In this document: piece after piece, positions 9,810 through 19,107 of the stretch
Position numbering within the stretch: the first letter of the stretch is position 1
Layout of the letters: the number at the start of each line of letters is the position of its first letter
Assembly: GCA_965237955.1 (NCBI GenBank)
Contig: OZ250169.1
Span: forward strand, 6,080,001 to 6,144,000
Direction of reading: 5' to 3'
DNA from: Candidatus Marinacidobacterales bacterium
GTDB taxonomy: Bacteria; Acidobacteriota; Vicinamibacteria; Marinacidobacterales; SMYC01
DNA length: 64,000 nucleotides
The notes under the pieces: generated by a model
What the model was told of the DNA's origin: nothing
The model's input: the letters and a program-made list of their open reading frames with translations, nothing else
Database searches by the model: none
Position numbers and translations under genes: made by a program

Positions 9810-10768
9810 AGATCGCTCTCGTCACGCCGCTCAGCGAGCCAGCCCTCAAAGGGATGGTGACGGGCAACGAGGTCACCGCCCGCCGCTGGGAAGAAATTCT
9901 GCAAAAGCTCGGTCACGCCGTGACCGTGCTCGAGGGATATGACGGTGAAGCCGTCGACGTGCTCGTCGCGCTTCATGCGCGCAAGAGCGCGGCCTCGATC
10001 ACGAAGTTCTCGGAAGCCCATCCGCAGAAGCCTCTGATCGTGGCGCTCACCGGTACCGACCTCTACCAGGACTTGCCCGACAGCGAGGAAGCAACTGCAT
10101 CTCTCGCTCGCGCGACCCATGTCATCACCCTCCAACCCGGCGCCCTCGACGTGCTCGACCCGTCGATCCGAACAAAAACGACGGTCATCTATCAATCGGC
10201 CAAGCCGATCGTCCCCGTTATCGACAAAGCCGCGAACTGCTTTCAAGCGTGCCTCCTCGCCCATCTGCGTCCGGTGAAAGACCCGCTCCTCGCCGCGGAC
10301 GCCGCGGCGAAGCTCTCACAGGACTCGCCGGTCCAAGTCGTCCACGCCGGAGCCGCGGCCGACGACGAGATGCGGGACAAAGCCAAAGCGGCGGCGGCCG
10401 AAAATCCTCGATATCGATGGATCGGCCCCATTCCGCATGAAGAGGCACGCCTCCTCATCGCCCGCAGCCACGTTTTGCTGCTGACGTCGCGCCTGGAAGG
10501 CGGCGCCAACGTCTTGTCGGAAGCATTGACCCTCGGCGTGCCCATCCTTGCGAGCCGCGTGGCCGGCGTCGAGGGGCTCCTGGGCGAGCGCTACCCCGGT
10601 TACTTCCCTTCGGGCGACGCCTCGGCGCTGGCAGAGCGCCTCCATCAGGCGGAGCACGACGAGGTCTACTACCGGCGTTTGCAGAACGCGTGCGAAAAGC
10701 TGGCGCCGATGGTGGCGCCATCGTGGGAGCTGCAATCGTGGCAGCAACTTTTGAGCTTGCTTTCCTAG
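9806..10768 (+). CDS. senB: Selenosugar synthase SenB-like glycosyltransferase (TIGR04348 family)
   Basis: GNEVTARRW, VALHARKS, VALTGTDLY, HLRPVKDP and SRLEGGANV are characteristic of this family. Confidence 0.85.
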   Translation: MKIALVTPLSEPALKGMVTGNEVTARRWEEILQKLGHAVTVLEGYDGEAVDVLVALHARKSAASITKFSEAHPQKPLIVALTGTDLYQDLPDSEEATASLARATHVITLQPGALDVLDPSIRTKTTVIYQSAKPIVPVIDKAANCFQACLLAHLRPVKDPLLAADAAAKLSQDSPVQVVHAGAAADDEMRDKAKAAAAENPRYRWIGPIPHEEARLLIARSHVLLLTSRLEGGANVLSEALTLGVPILASRVAGVEGLLGERYPGYFPSGDASALAERLHQAEHDEVYYRRLQNACEKLAPMVAPSWELQSWQQLLSLLS

Positions 10769-10776
10769 TGCCCTAG

Positions 10777-10803
10777 TGTCGATCCTGGCACCGTCCATTC
10801 GTC
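10777..10803 (+). promoter_or_regulatory. ECF42-type promoter
   Basis: TGTCGA-N17-CGTC directly upstream of a DGPF/YciI gene, the known ECF42 target class. Confidence 0.65.
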
Positions 10804-10825
10804 TCTTCACTGAAAGGAAATCGAG

Positions 10826-11077
10826 ATGCAATATGCGATACTTATTTATTCTGATGAAACCCAGGAGCCCAAGCCGGGTACGAAAGAGTTCGACGACTAC
10901 ATGGGAGAGTATTTTGCGCTTTCGGACAAAGTGAAAGAAAACGGCATGTACCAAGTCGGTGCGGCACTCCAGTCGGTGTCCACGGCGACGACCGTCAAGG
11001 TGCGCGACGGCAGAGTCGCCACCACCGACGGCCCCTTCGCCGAAACGAAAGAGCAGCTCGGCGGTCTGTATGTGTAG
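10826..11077 (+). pseudogene. Truncated YciI-family (DGPF) protein
   Basis: TTDGPFAETKEQLGG then a premature stop 3 bp before a MITE; the usual C-terminal ...EVRP segment is missing. Confidence 0.8.
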
Positions 11078-11080
11078 CCG

Positions 11081-11246
11081 CTAGTCCCCTGGAACAGAGG
11101 TTCGTGGCCTAAATCTCGGGCCCTTTTTGCGCGCTGGCTTCGTTGTTCCTCCTCGAAATATTCCAATATGACTTCGTCGTCACGCCTCGCCAGCCCACAA
11201 AATGGCGTCGAGCTTTAGGCCACGAACCTCTGTTCCAGGGTACTAG
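11081..11246. mobile_element. 166-bp palindromic MITE with CTAG ends
   Basis: CTAGTCCCCTGGAACAGAGGTTCGTGGCCTAAA at left is nearly the exact reverse complement of TTTAGGCCACGAACCTCTGTTCCAGGGTACTAG at right; no credible gene inside. Confidence 0.85.
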
Positions 11247-11253
11247 CCCACCG

Positions 11254-11283
11254 TTGACAATTCCGGGTGAAAATCGGTAACAT
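11254..11283 (+). promoter_or_regulatory. Putative sigma-70 promoter of the PilZ gene
   Basis: TTGACA-N18-TAACAT. Confidence 0.5.
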
Positions 11284-11353
11284 GTACTCTTCAAAGAACA
11301 ACCAGTGCCCACGGTGCCGTCGAAGGGCCAGAGAACACTACAGGAGTAGCTCG

Positions 11354-11827
11354 ATGGAGAAGCGTTTCGACGTTCCGCGAACGATTCGACGGATGGAACC
11401 CAAACACGCCACGACTGCGGCGGTGTTCCGGGATTCCTGCCAGCTCGCGTACGGTGTGGTGACCAACGTCTCGGTGACCGGTGCCTGCATCGTTACCGAC
11501 AGCCGGCTGGCTCCCGGGAGCGACGTCGACCTCAAGCTCTCCTTCTACCAGCAGCCCCACCTGTACGAGATCGGGGCTCGCGTCGTCTGGAACCGACGCG
11601 GCGGCGCAAGTGAAAAGGGCTTCGAGGGCCTGCAACTTCACGGCGTGCAGTTCACGCTCTCGAGCGCACTCCAGAAATCGCGCCTCCACACGCTTCTCGG
11701 CAGCGAGGATTTCGTCGACGTCTTTCGCCCGTCCGCGACCGAGTTCGACGTTCTCACAAACGCGCTTTCCGGCGAGCTCGACGAGCTCGGCAGCAAAATG
11801 CACAAGACCACAGGCGAGAAATCGTGA
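11354..11827 (+). CDS. Stand-alone PilZ-domain protein
   Basis: RTIRR (RxxxR) and NVSVTG (D/NxSxxG), ARVVW...GVQF; AGGAG RBS before ATG 11354. Confidence 0.8.
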   Translation: MEKRFDVPRTIRRMEPKHATTAAVFRDSCQLAYGVVTNVSVTGACIVTDSRLAPGSDVDLKLSFYQQPHLYEIGARVVWNRRGGASEKGFEGLQLHGVQFTLSSALQKSRLHTLLGSEDFVDVFRPSATEFDVLTNALSGELDELGSKMHKTTGEKS

Positions 11828-11882
11828 TATCGTTTGCGTGTCTTGACGGGAGCTCGTCACAACATGAGAACGTGAGCACAGC

Positions 11883-12995
11883 ATGCGGATCGCGATCGAC
11901 GTCCGCAAAATCAACGACTTCGGCATTGGAACGTATCTTCGGAACCTGATCCGACACCTTCCCGGCCTCGACTCCGATAACGAGTACTACTTACTCTGTC
12001 ACCGACGAGACGAAGAGCTCCTGCGCTCCCTCTCTTCGGATTTTCACCTCTCGTTCGTCAAAGCGCAGAACTACTCCCTGTCCGAGCACGTGACGATTCC
12101 GGTCAAGCTGAAGCGGATTCGCGCAGATCTCTACCACACGCCGCACTACGTGCTTCCGTACCTGACGCGGTGCCGCTCGGTCGTCACCGTTCACGACGTC
12201 ATTCATCTCTTATTTCCTCAGTACCTCCCGTCGCGATTCGCAATCCACTATGCGAAGCACATGATCGGACGCGCTCTCGAACGGGCCGAGCTCGTAATGA
12301 CGGTGTCGAAAGCGTCGAAGCGCGACATCCTCGGTTTCTTCGACGTGGAGGAAAGCAAAATCCGCGTTATCCCGAACGGCATCGATCCGGCGATGACGCG
12401 CGAGCTCGACGCCTCCGAACTGGACCGAGTGAAGCAGCGATTCCAACTGCAAGGCAGGAACGCTCTGTTCGTCGGCAACATCAAGCCTCACAAAAACGTC
12501 GAACGTTTGATCGGCGCGTTCGCCAAGTTGCGAGAGGACCCGCAGTTCTCCGACGTGACTCTCATCCTTGTCGGCGACGAGATCTCCAAATATCCGTCGC
12601 TGCGGCGAGCGGTCGCGCGCCATAAGGTTCGCGCGAACGTGCGGTTTTTTGGATTCGTCCCGGAACTGACCCTGGTCGCGCTCTACCGGACGGCGGACGT
12701 GTTCGTGTTCCCTTCGTTGTACGAGGGCTTCGGGCTTCCACCGCTCGAGGCGATGGCGAATGGCACCCCGGTGATCACGTCGAAGATCTCGTCACTTCCG
12801 GAGGTCGTCGGGGATGCGGCCCTCACCATCGATCCCTATAACACCGACGAGATCGCGGACGCGATGAAGAGCATTCTCGTGGATCAAAGTCTGCGCGAAC
12901 GGCTGATCAAAAGCGGCCGTGTTCGCGCCAAGCGATTTTCTTGGGAGGAAGCGGTTTCGCAGATTCACGCGACGTATATGGACGCGTTGCAATAA
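11883..12995 (+). CDS. GT4 family glycosyltransferase
   Basis: [37 protein letters not shown]. Confidence 0.93.
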   Translation: MRIAIDVRKINDFGIGTYLRNLIRHLPGLDSDNEYYLLCHRRDEELLRSLSSDFHLSFVKAQNYSLSEHVTIPVKLKRIRADLYHTPHYVLPYLTRCRSVVTVHDVIHLLFPQYLPSRFAIHYAKHMIGRALERAELVMTVSKASKRDILGFFDVEESKIRVIPNGIDPAMTRELDASELDRVKQRFQLQGRNALFVGNIKPHKNVERLIGAFAKLREDPQFSDVTLILVGDEISKYPSLRRAVARHKVRANVRFFGFVPELTLVALYRTADVFVFPSLYEGFGLPPLEAMANGTPVITSKISSLPEVVGDAALTIDPYNTDEIADAMKSILVDQSLRERLIKSGRVRAKRFSWEEAVSQIHATYMDALQ

Positions 12996-12999
12996 TGCG

Positions 13000-13027
13000 C
13001 CATCGGCCATCGGCCATCGGCCATCAG
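13000..13027. repeat. Intergenic heptamer tandem repeat (CCATCGG)x3 + CCATCAG
   Basis: Read directly between two GT4 genes. Confidence 0.85.
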
Positions 13028-13056
13028 TCGGGAGTCTTCCGCGAAGCGGTGCGTTG

Positions 13057-14151
13057 ATGCGTGTAGCGCTTGTGCACGACTGGCTTACCGGTCTCCGGGG
13101 TGGGGAGAAAGTTCTCGAAGTCTTGTGCGAGCTTTTTCCGGAGGCAACGCTGTTCACCCTCGTGCACGTCGAAGGTGCGACGAGCCCGACGATCGAATCG
13201 CTTCCGATCCGAACCGCGTTCACGCAGAAGCTACCCGGAGTGAAGCGGCTCTACCGGTGGTATCTGCCACTTCATCCGTGGGCCATCGAGACGCTCGACC
13301 TCTCGGAGTTCGACCTGGTGGTGTCGAGCTCTCACTGTGTCGCCAAAGGTGTCATACCGCGCAAAGGCGCGCTCCACATCAGCTACTGCCACACGCCGAT
13401 GCGCTATGTGTGGGATCGGTTCGAAGACTACTTCGGCTCGGGACTGAAAGCGAAGCTAGTGTACGGTCCCATCGCGAGCCGCCTGCGCGCATGGGACCGG
13501 GCATCCGCGAGCCGCGTCGATCACTTCATCGCGAACTCGACGTACGTTTCCGAGCGCATCGAGAGCTACTACGATCGGAGCGCCGACGCGATCATCCCAC
13601 CGCCGGTGGACACGAAGCGCTATGCCCCGAGCGGAGACGATCCTGAGGACTACTATCTCGTTGTCTCAGCGCTCGTCCCCTACAAACGCATCGATCTCGC
13701 CGTCGAAGCGTTTCGCAGACGAAGTGAGACGCTCGTCGTCGTCGGCTCCGGCCCCTCGGCGGAGCGCTTGAAAACCGGGGCGCCGCCGAACGTCGACTTT
13801 CGCGGGTGGGTCAGCGACGAGGAGCTCAAAACGCTCTATCAACGCTGCCGCGCGTGTCTCCTCCCCGGCCTCGAGGACTTCGGTATCGTTCCCCTCGAAG
13901 CACAGGCATGTGGTGCGCCGGTCGTCGCCTACGGGAAGGGCGGCGCGCTCGATACCGTGCAAGATGGCGAGACCGGTGTACTGTTCCACGAGCAAACGGC
14001 TGAGGCGCTATCCCGCGCCATTGACAAGGTTTCCTCGCTAAGATTAAATAAAAACTTGCTGAGAGACTGGGCGCTCGGGTTTTCCCGAGAGACGTTCCAA
14101 AACCGCATGAAAGAGTTCATCCAGGCGCGCGTCGTTGAGGCGGACCTCTAG
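13057..14151 (+). CDS. GT4 family glycosyltransferase (WbaZ-like)
   Basis: MRVALVHDWL..RGGEKVL, SYCHTPMRY, EDFGIVPLEAQACG. Confidence 0.92.
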   Translation: MRVALVHDWLTGLRGGEKVLEVLCELFPEATLFTLVHVEGATSPTIESLPIRTAFTQKLPGVKRLYRWYLPLHPWAIETLDLSEFDLVVSSSHCVAKGVIPRKGALHISYCHTPMRYVWDRFEDYFGSGLKAKLVYGPIASRLRAWDRASASRVDHFIANSTYVSERIESYYDRSADAIIPPPVDTKRYAPSGDDPEDYYLVVSALVPYKRIDLAVEAFRRRSETLVVVGSGPSAERLKTGAPPNVDFRGWVSDEELKTLYQRCRACLLPGLEDFGIVPLEAQACGAPVVAYGKGGALDTVQDGETGVLFHEQTAEALSRAIDKVSSLRLNKNLLRDWALGFSRETFQNRMKEFIQARVVEADL

Positions 14152-14168
14152 CGCCCTGACGTTTCGAT

Positions 14169-15605
14169 ATGGTCAAACAACAAAGCCGGATTTGGACCGG
14201 GGTTTACGCCGCCGGCGATCTTCTAGCTACGTCGAGTGCGCTCGCGCTCGCCTATTTCGTGCGTTTTCACTCGGGCCTTTTCGAGGTGACGAAGGGCGTC
14301 AACCCGTTCACCCAGTACCTCCTTCTCCTTCCGCTCATCATCGTTTTGTGGCCGCCGCTGTTTTACGCCCACGGCCTCTACAGCTTGAAGCGGATTCGCT
14401 CGCGCACGGACGAGCTTTTCTCGATTGTGTTCGCGGTCGCTATGGGCACCGCGATCATGCTGTTCGTTGCGCTCTACGCGCGCGTCTACTACCTCTACGG
14501 CCCTCCGGAGATCTCGGGTCGTTACGAGTATTCGCAGCTCGTGCTCGGCCTGTTCGTAGTGTTCAACATTGTCTTGTTGACGCTCACGCGCGCGTTCATA
14601 CGTCGCGAGAGAGAAGCCCGCTGGCGGCGCGGCGAAGGCTTGCGCAACATACTGATTGCCGGTGCGGGCGAGCTCGGAAGAACCGTGGCGGACAAGTTCA
14701 TCGATCATCAGGAGATGGGTTTTCGCGTCGCCGGCTTTCTCGACGATCGACTACGAGGCGAGTTCGCCGGGCACCGCGGCATTCCCATCCTCGGCGGGTT
14801 AGATGATGTCGCCGACGTCGTTGCGGGAACGACCGTCGACTCGCTCTACATCGCCCTCCCGCTCGGCGCACACGAGAAGATTCGTATGCTCGTCGGCTTC
14901 GCGCACCGAGAAGCCCTCGACGTCAAGGTCGCGTGGGATTACCTCACGGATGCGGCGCTCCATGCAGGTGTGGAAGACCTCGACGGGATGCCGATCATCA
15001 ACTTGTCCGAGCCCCCGATCCGCGGATGGAACTGGGTGGTGAAGCGGATCATGGACGTCGTGGTATCGGCCGCGCTTCTCGTTCTCCTGGCGATCCCGTT
15101 TACCGTCCTTGCGCTCATCATCAAGCTCACCTCCAAAGGGTCGGTGTTCTACAGGCAGGAGCGTGCCGGGCTCGACAACAAACCGTTCACGCTCTACAAG
15201 TTCCGCTCGATGTTCGACGACGCCGAAAAAGACACCGGGCCGGTGTGGGCGGCCTCGGAAGATCCGAGGCGGACCACATTCGGCCGCTTTCTGCGCCGAT
15301 TCAGCATCGACGAGCTCCCTCAGCTCGTGAACGTGCTCAAGGGAGATATGTCGCTCGTCGGGCCGCGGCCGGAGCGCCCGAGCTTCGTCGCGGAGTTCAA
15401 AAAGCGCATCCCGAAGTACATGCTTCGCCACAAAGTCAAAACCGGCATGACCGGCTGGGCTCAGGTCAACGGCTGGCGCGGAAACACATCGATCGAAAAA
15501 CGCATCGAGCACGACCTTTACTACATTCAGAATTGGTCGCTCTCGCTCGACCTGCATATCCTGTGGCGTACCTGGCGCGCGGTTTTGCGCAAGCACGCAT
15601 TTTGA
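14169..15605 (+). CDS. wcaJ: Undecaprenyl-phosphate glucose phosphotransferase (WcaJ-like priming transferase)
   Basis: N-terminal TM helices, Rossmann-like IAGAG segment, [41 protein letters not shown]. Confidence 0.88.
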   Translation: MVKQQSRIWTGVYAAGDLLATSSALALAYFVRFHSGLFEVTKGVNPFTQYLLLLPLIIVLWPPLFYAHGLYSLKRIRSRTDELFSIVFAVAMGTAIMLFVALYARVYYLYGPPEISGRYEYSQLVLGLFVVFNIVLLTLTRAFIRREREARWRRGEGLRNILIAGAGELGRTVADKFIDHQEMGFRVAGFLDDRLRGEFAGHRGIPILGGLDDVADVVAGTTVDSLYIALPLGAHEKIRMLVGFAHREALDVKVAWDYLTDAALHAGVEDLDGMPIINLSEPPIRGWNWVVKRIMDVVVSAALLVLLAIPFTVLALIIKLTSKGSVFYRQERAGLDNKPFTLYKFRSMFDDAEKDTGPVWAASEDPRRTTFGRFLRRFSIDELPQLVNVLKGDMSLVGPRPERPSFVAEFKKRIPKYMLRHKVKTGMTGWAQVNGWRGNTSIEKRIEHDLYYIQNWSLSLDLHILWRTWRAVLRKHAF

Positions 15606-16534
15606 CGAAACGATCCCTCATCACGGGCGCGGCCGGGTTCATCGGTTCCCACCTCGCAGACTGCCTTCTCGCCGAAGGACACGAGGTCATCGGGATGGAC
15701 AACTTCATCACCGGCGATCGCGACAACCTCGCCCATATCGAAGACCCTCGATTCACGTTGGTCGAGCAAAACGTGACCGAAGAGATCCGTATCGATGGTC
15801 CACTCGATTACATTCTCCATTTTGCGAGCCCGGCGAGCCCGATTGACTACCTCGAGCTCCCCATCCAAACGCTGAAGGTCGGCTCACTCGGCACCCACAA
15901 GACGCTCGGCCTCGCCAAAGCGAAAAACGCAACCTACTTGCTCGCGTCGACGTCGGAAGTGTACGGCGATCCGCTGGTGCATCCTCAAAAAGAAGACTAT
16001 TGGGGCAACGTAAACCCGATCGGGCCTCGGGGGGTGTACGACGAAGCGAAACGTTTTGCCGAAGCCATGAGCGTCGCCTACCAGCGCTATCACGACGTCG
16101 ACGTGAAGATCGTCCGCATCTTCAACACCTACGGACCCCGGATGCGAGTCCGCGATGGCCGGGCGATCCCGGCGTTCATCAGTCAGGCGCTCACGAACGA
16201 GCCGATGACGGTTTTCGGCAAAGGCGATCAGACGCGAAGCTTCTGCTACGTCAACGACCTCGTCGACGGTTTGTGTCGCCTGTTGTTCTCGGAGCACCCC
16301 GGCCCCGTCAACATCGGAAATCCTTCCGAGATGACGATTCTCGAGCTCGCCGAGAAGATCCGGACGATGACGGGTTCGAAAAGCACTATCGACTACAAAC
16401 CCCTGCCCGAAGACGACCCGAAGGTAAGGCAGCCGGACATTGAGCTTGCTCGTAAATTGCTCGGATGGACGCCTCAGGTCTCGCTTGAGGACGGTCTCGA
16501 GACGACGATCGAGTATTTTCGGGGGAAGTTGTAG
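15602..16534 (+). CDS. UDP-glucuronate decarboxylase family NAD-dependent SDR
   Basis: [48 protein letters not shown]; TTG start overlapping the wcaJ stop. Confidence 0.9.
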   Translation: MTKRSLITGAAGFIGSHLADCLLAEGHEVIGMDNFITGDRDNLAHIEDPRFTLVEQNVTEEIRIDGPLDYILHFASPASPIDYLELPIQTLKVGSLGTHKTLGLAKAKNATYLLASTSEVYGDPLVHPQKEDYWGNVNPIGPRGVYDEAKRFAEAMSVAYQRYHDVDVKIVRIFNTYGPRMRVRDGRAIPAFISQALTNEPMTVFGKGDQTRSFCYVNDLVDGLCRLLFSEHPGPVNIGNPSEMTILELAEKIRTMTGSKSTIDYKPLPEDDPKVRQPDIELARKLLGWTPQVSLEDGLETTIEYFRGKL

Positions 16535-16568
16535 CAGTCGGTATTCGGCATTCGGAGCGTGGTTGGGG

Positions 16569-16584
16569 TGGCACAATGTATGCC
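16569..16584 (+). promoter_or_regulatory. Putative sigma-54 promoter
   Basis: TGGCACAATGTATGCC (GG-N10-GC) upstream of the TAXI gene remnant. Confidence 0.5.
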
Positions 16585-16651
16585 GGCTTGACGGCGGGGC
16601 GGTTTCGATGGCGTCGGAGAGGGATGGAGGCTCTCGAGAGGGAGCGTTTAC

Positions 16652-16876
16652 ATGCGCCTAGTCGCGGCGGCGATGTGTCTTACGATGGCGCCGGTGTTGG
16701 TGCTCGCGCAGACACTGTCCTTCGCTACCGGTAATCCTGCGGGGCTTTACTACCCTCTCGGCGGTGGTCTCGCCTCGATTTGGTCGCGCACGTCGTCAGG
16801 GTGCGCAGGGCCTAGTCCCCTGTATCAGAACAAACTAGATAAAGCAGAGCTTGCCGAAACCCTTCTAAGTGCATGA
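16652..16876 (+). pseudogene. N-terminal fragment of a TAXI-family TRAP solute receptor running into a MITE
   Basis: Signal peptide then LSFATGNPAGLYYPLGGGLA (TAXI N-terminus); the last ~20 codons are MITE-derived. Confidence 0.75.
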
Positions 16877-16944
16877 ATCTTATGGATTTTATGGGCTGGC
16901 GAAAAGCCTAACTTTGTATAGTAATCAAAGATCCAGGGGACTAG
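16812..16944. mobile_element. 133-bp MITE, copy 1
   Basis: CTAGTCCCCTGTATC...GATCCAGGGGACTAG terminal inverted repeats, AT-rich interior; near-identical copy at 17557. Confidence 0.88.
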
Positions 16945-17020
16945 CGCACAAACTGGATCGTTGCCAGGTGCTAGAGCGTTTCGTATCCTGAAATCAAGGA
17001 CTTTCGTTCAGGAGCGCGCA

Positions 17021-17560
17021 GTGCCCATCATGGAGTTCATGGCTACGATCAACTCCTCTGACTCTGAAGCGCAAGTGCGTGGCCGCGTTGTGCGGTTTTT
17101 GACGTCGCGCGGGTATCGGACGACGGCTGACCCGGCAGAGTTCAAACGCGGATCGCTCTTCGGGTCGCTGACCGGCTTTACGCCCAAGAAGTGGGCCGTC
17201 ACCGTTCGCTTCAAGACCGTCGAGCCCGGCGTGTTTTTCTATCGGTTCGAGATCGACACCACCGGGCAATCAGTCACGAGCGGCGAGCGTGCCTTTTGGG
17301 ACAGAGAGAAGAAGTCACTCGAAGACACGATCGAGGGACGCGTATCCAACACCATGGATGCCTCGGACCGCGAGGTCGCCTCGCAAGGCATGCAGATCGC
17401 CAAAACTATCTTTATCTACTCCGTCGGAGGTGCGTTTATCGTCGGAGCCGCAACGATCGCCCTTCACTTCGTCGGCATCGAGATCTTCCCCGGGGTCGCC
17501 GGAATCGGCGCCGGAATCGGAGCCGCCGTCGGTTTTCAGAGAGCGCTCTCGACCGCCTAG
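17021..17560 (+). CDS. Hypothetical membrane protein with two C-terminal TM helices, MITE-flanked
   Basis: TTGCCA-N17-TATCCT promoter (16961-16989), AGGAG RBS, GTG at 17021 (alternative ATG at 17030). Hydrophobic C-terminus with GIGAGIGAAVG; its TAG stop is the CTAG of MITE copy 2. Confidence 0.75.
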   Translation: MPIMEFMATINSSDSEAQVRGRVVRFLTSRGYRTTADPAEFKRGSLFGSLTGFTPKKWAVTVRFKTVEPGVFFYRFEIDTTGQSVTSGERAFWDREKKSLEDTIEGRVSNTMDASDREVASQGMQIAKTIFIYSVGGAFIVGAATIALHFVGIEIFPGVAGIGAGIGAAVGFQRALSTA

Positions 17561-17689
17561 TCCCCTGTATCAGAACAAACTAGGTAAAGCAGAGCTTGCC
17601 GAAACCCTTCTAAGTGCATGAATCTTATGAATATTATGGGCTGGCGGAAAGCCTAACTTTGTATAGTAATCAAAGATCCAGGGGACTAG
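17557..17689. mobile_element. 133-bp MITE, copy 2 (direct orientation to copy 1)
   Basis: Four substitutions relative to 16812-16944 by manual comparison. Confidence 0.88.
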
Positions 17690-17790
17690 ACCGTCAGCTC
17701 GTTCACGGCGTGAAGCGTAAACATGAATAAACAAACTTTGTGTGTGACCGAGGCTACGGGACGCGAAGGGCGAACACGGCCGTACCAACG

Positions 17791-19107
17791 TCAGCTCCCC
17801 TGGCAGATCGACTCCACCTCGCGTAGCTCCTTGGGAACTCCGGCGGTCAAGACGCGGTTCCCCGTTCGGGTGACGAGAACGTCGTCTTCGATGCGTATGC
17901 CTATACCTCGATAGGCTTTGGGAACGCGCCGGTCCCGTGGGCCGAAGTAGAGACCCGGTTCGATGGTCAAAACCATCCCTGGTCGCAGCCTCATCGCTTT
18001 GCCGTCGGCATCACGGTACCCGCCGGCGTCGTGGACATCCATGCCGAGCCAATGGCTGGTTCCATGCATGAACCACGGCCGGTGCGCCTCCTTGGCAACG
18101 AGTTTCTTGCGGTTTCCACGGAGTATCCCGAGCTTCAAGAGTCCATCGATTGTCGTTCGCACCGCAGCGTTGTGCGGGGCGTTCCACGGACGTCCCGGCT
18201 TGACCGCTCGGATCGCGGCCTTTTGCGCTTTCAAAACGATCTCATAGACCGCGGCCTGCACGTCGGTAAACGCTCCCGATACGGGGAACGTGCGGGTGAT
18301 GTCCGCCGTGTACAGGTTCACTTCGGCGCCGGCGTCGACGAGCACGAGGTCGTTCCGTTTCATCTTCCGTTCGTTCGATACGTAGTGCAGCACACACGCG
18401 TTGGCGCCGCTGGCCACGATCGATTCGTAACCGTTTCTTTTCGATCCCAGGCGGCGAAAGGTTCCTTCGATCTCCGCTTGAAGCTCGAACTCCATTTGGC
18501 CCGGCGCTGCCGCCCGCATCGCCCGCCGATGACCCTCCGCCGAGACTCGGGCCGCTTGCTCGAGCGCGCGGATCTCCACGGAGTCTTTGATGAGCCGCTC
18601 GGTGGCGATCGTCGGCAACGGATCCTGCACGATAGGATGCGCCGCAGGATTCCTATTATGGTCGAATGTCCGGTTGCGCTCGAACACACGAGCGAGCGAG
18701 CGATCCATGAGCTCGTATGCGCCGAGCGTGTAGAAGAGTCGCTCGCTGTTCTGCAACAAGCCTTCGAGCTTTTCGTAGAGCGTCGCGATCGGATACGCCT
18801 CGTCGACACCGAGCTTCTCGACCGCCGTGCGCGGCCCCAGTCTGGGTCCGTCCCACACCTCTCGCTCCCGATCGCGCGGGCGAAGAAAAAGAATCGCCTT
18901 GTGCGCACGGCCACTCACACGATAGGCCGCGAGAACCGAGTCGGGTTCGTCGAATCCGGTCAAGTAGTGAAAATCACTTCCAGGGCGGAACGCGTGGAAG
19001 ACGTCGCCGTTGCGGAGCCTCTGGGGCGCGGTCGGGAGAACGAGGAGACCGTCGCCGAGCCGATTGAGGACACGTTGCCGGCGCTTGTGGAACAACTCAG
19101 ATGACAT
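17791..19107 (-). CDS. pepP: Xaa-Pro aminopeptidase P
   Basis: SDFHYLTGF, WDGPRLG, ACVLHY, DAGAE...ADITRTFP, HGTSHWLGMDVHD, TIEPGLY, GIRIEDDV. Confidence 0.93.
   Translation of the reverse strand: MSSELFHKRRQRVLNRLGDGLLVLPTAPQRLRNGDVFHAFRPGSDFHYLTGFDEPDSVLAAYRVSGRAHKAILFLRPRDREREVWDGPRLGPRTAVEKLGVDEAYPIATLYEKLEGLLQNSERLFYTLGAYELMDRSLARVFERNRTFDHNRNPAAHPIVQDPLPTIATERLIKDSVEIRALEQAARVSAEGHRRAMRAAAPGQMEFELQAEIEGTFRRLGSKRNGYESIVASGANACVLHYVSNERKMKRNDLVLVDAGAEVNLYTADITRTFPVSGAFTDVQAAVYEIVLKAQKAAIRAVKPGRPWNAPHNAAVRTTIDGLLKLGILRGNRKKLVAKEAHRPWFMHGTSHWLGMDVHDAGGYRDADGKAMRLRPGMVLTIEPGLYFGPRDRRVPKAYRGIGIRIEDDVLVTRTGNRVLTAGVPKELREVESICQGS

Noticed and set aside
10764-10778. CCTAGTG direct repeat at the senB stop as a MITE excision footprint
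   Set aside because: Too short to separate from chance without an empty/filled-site comparison.
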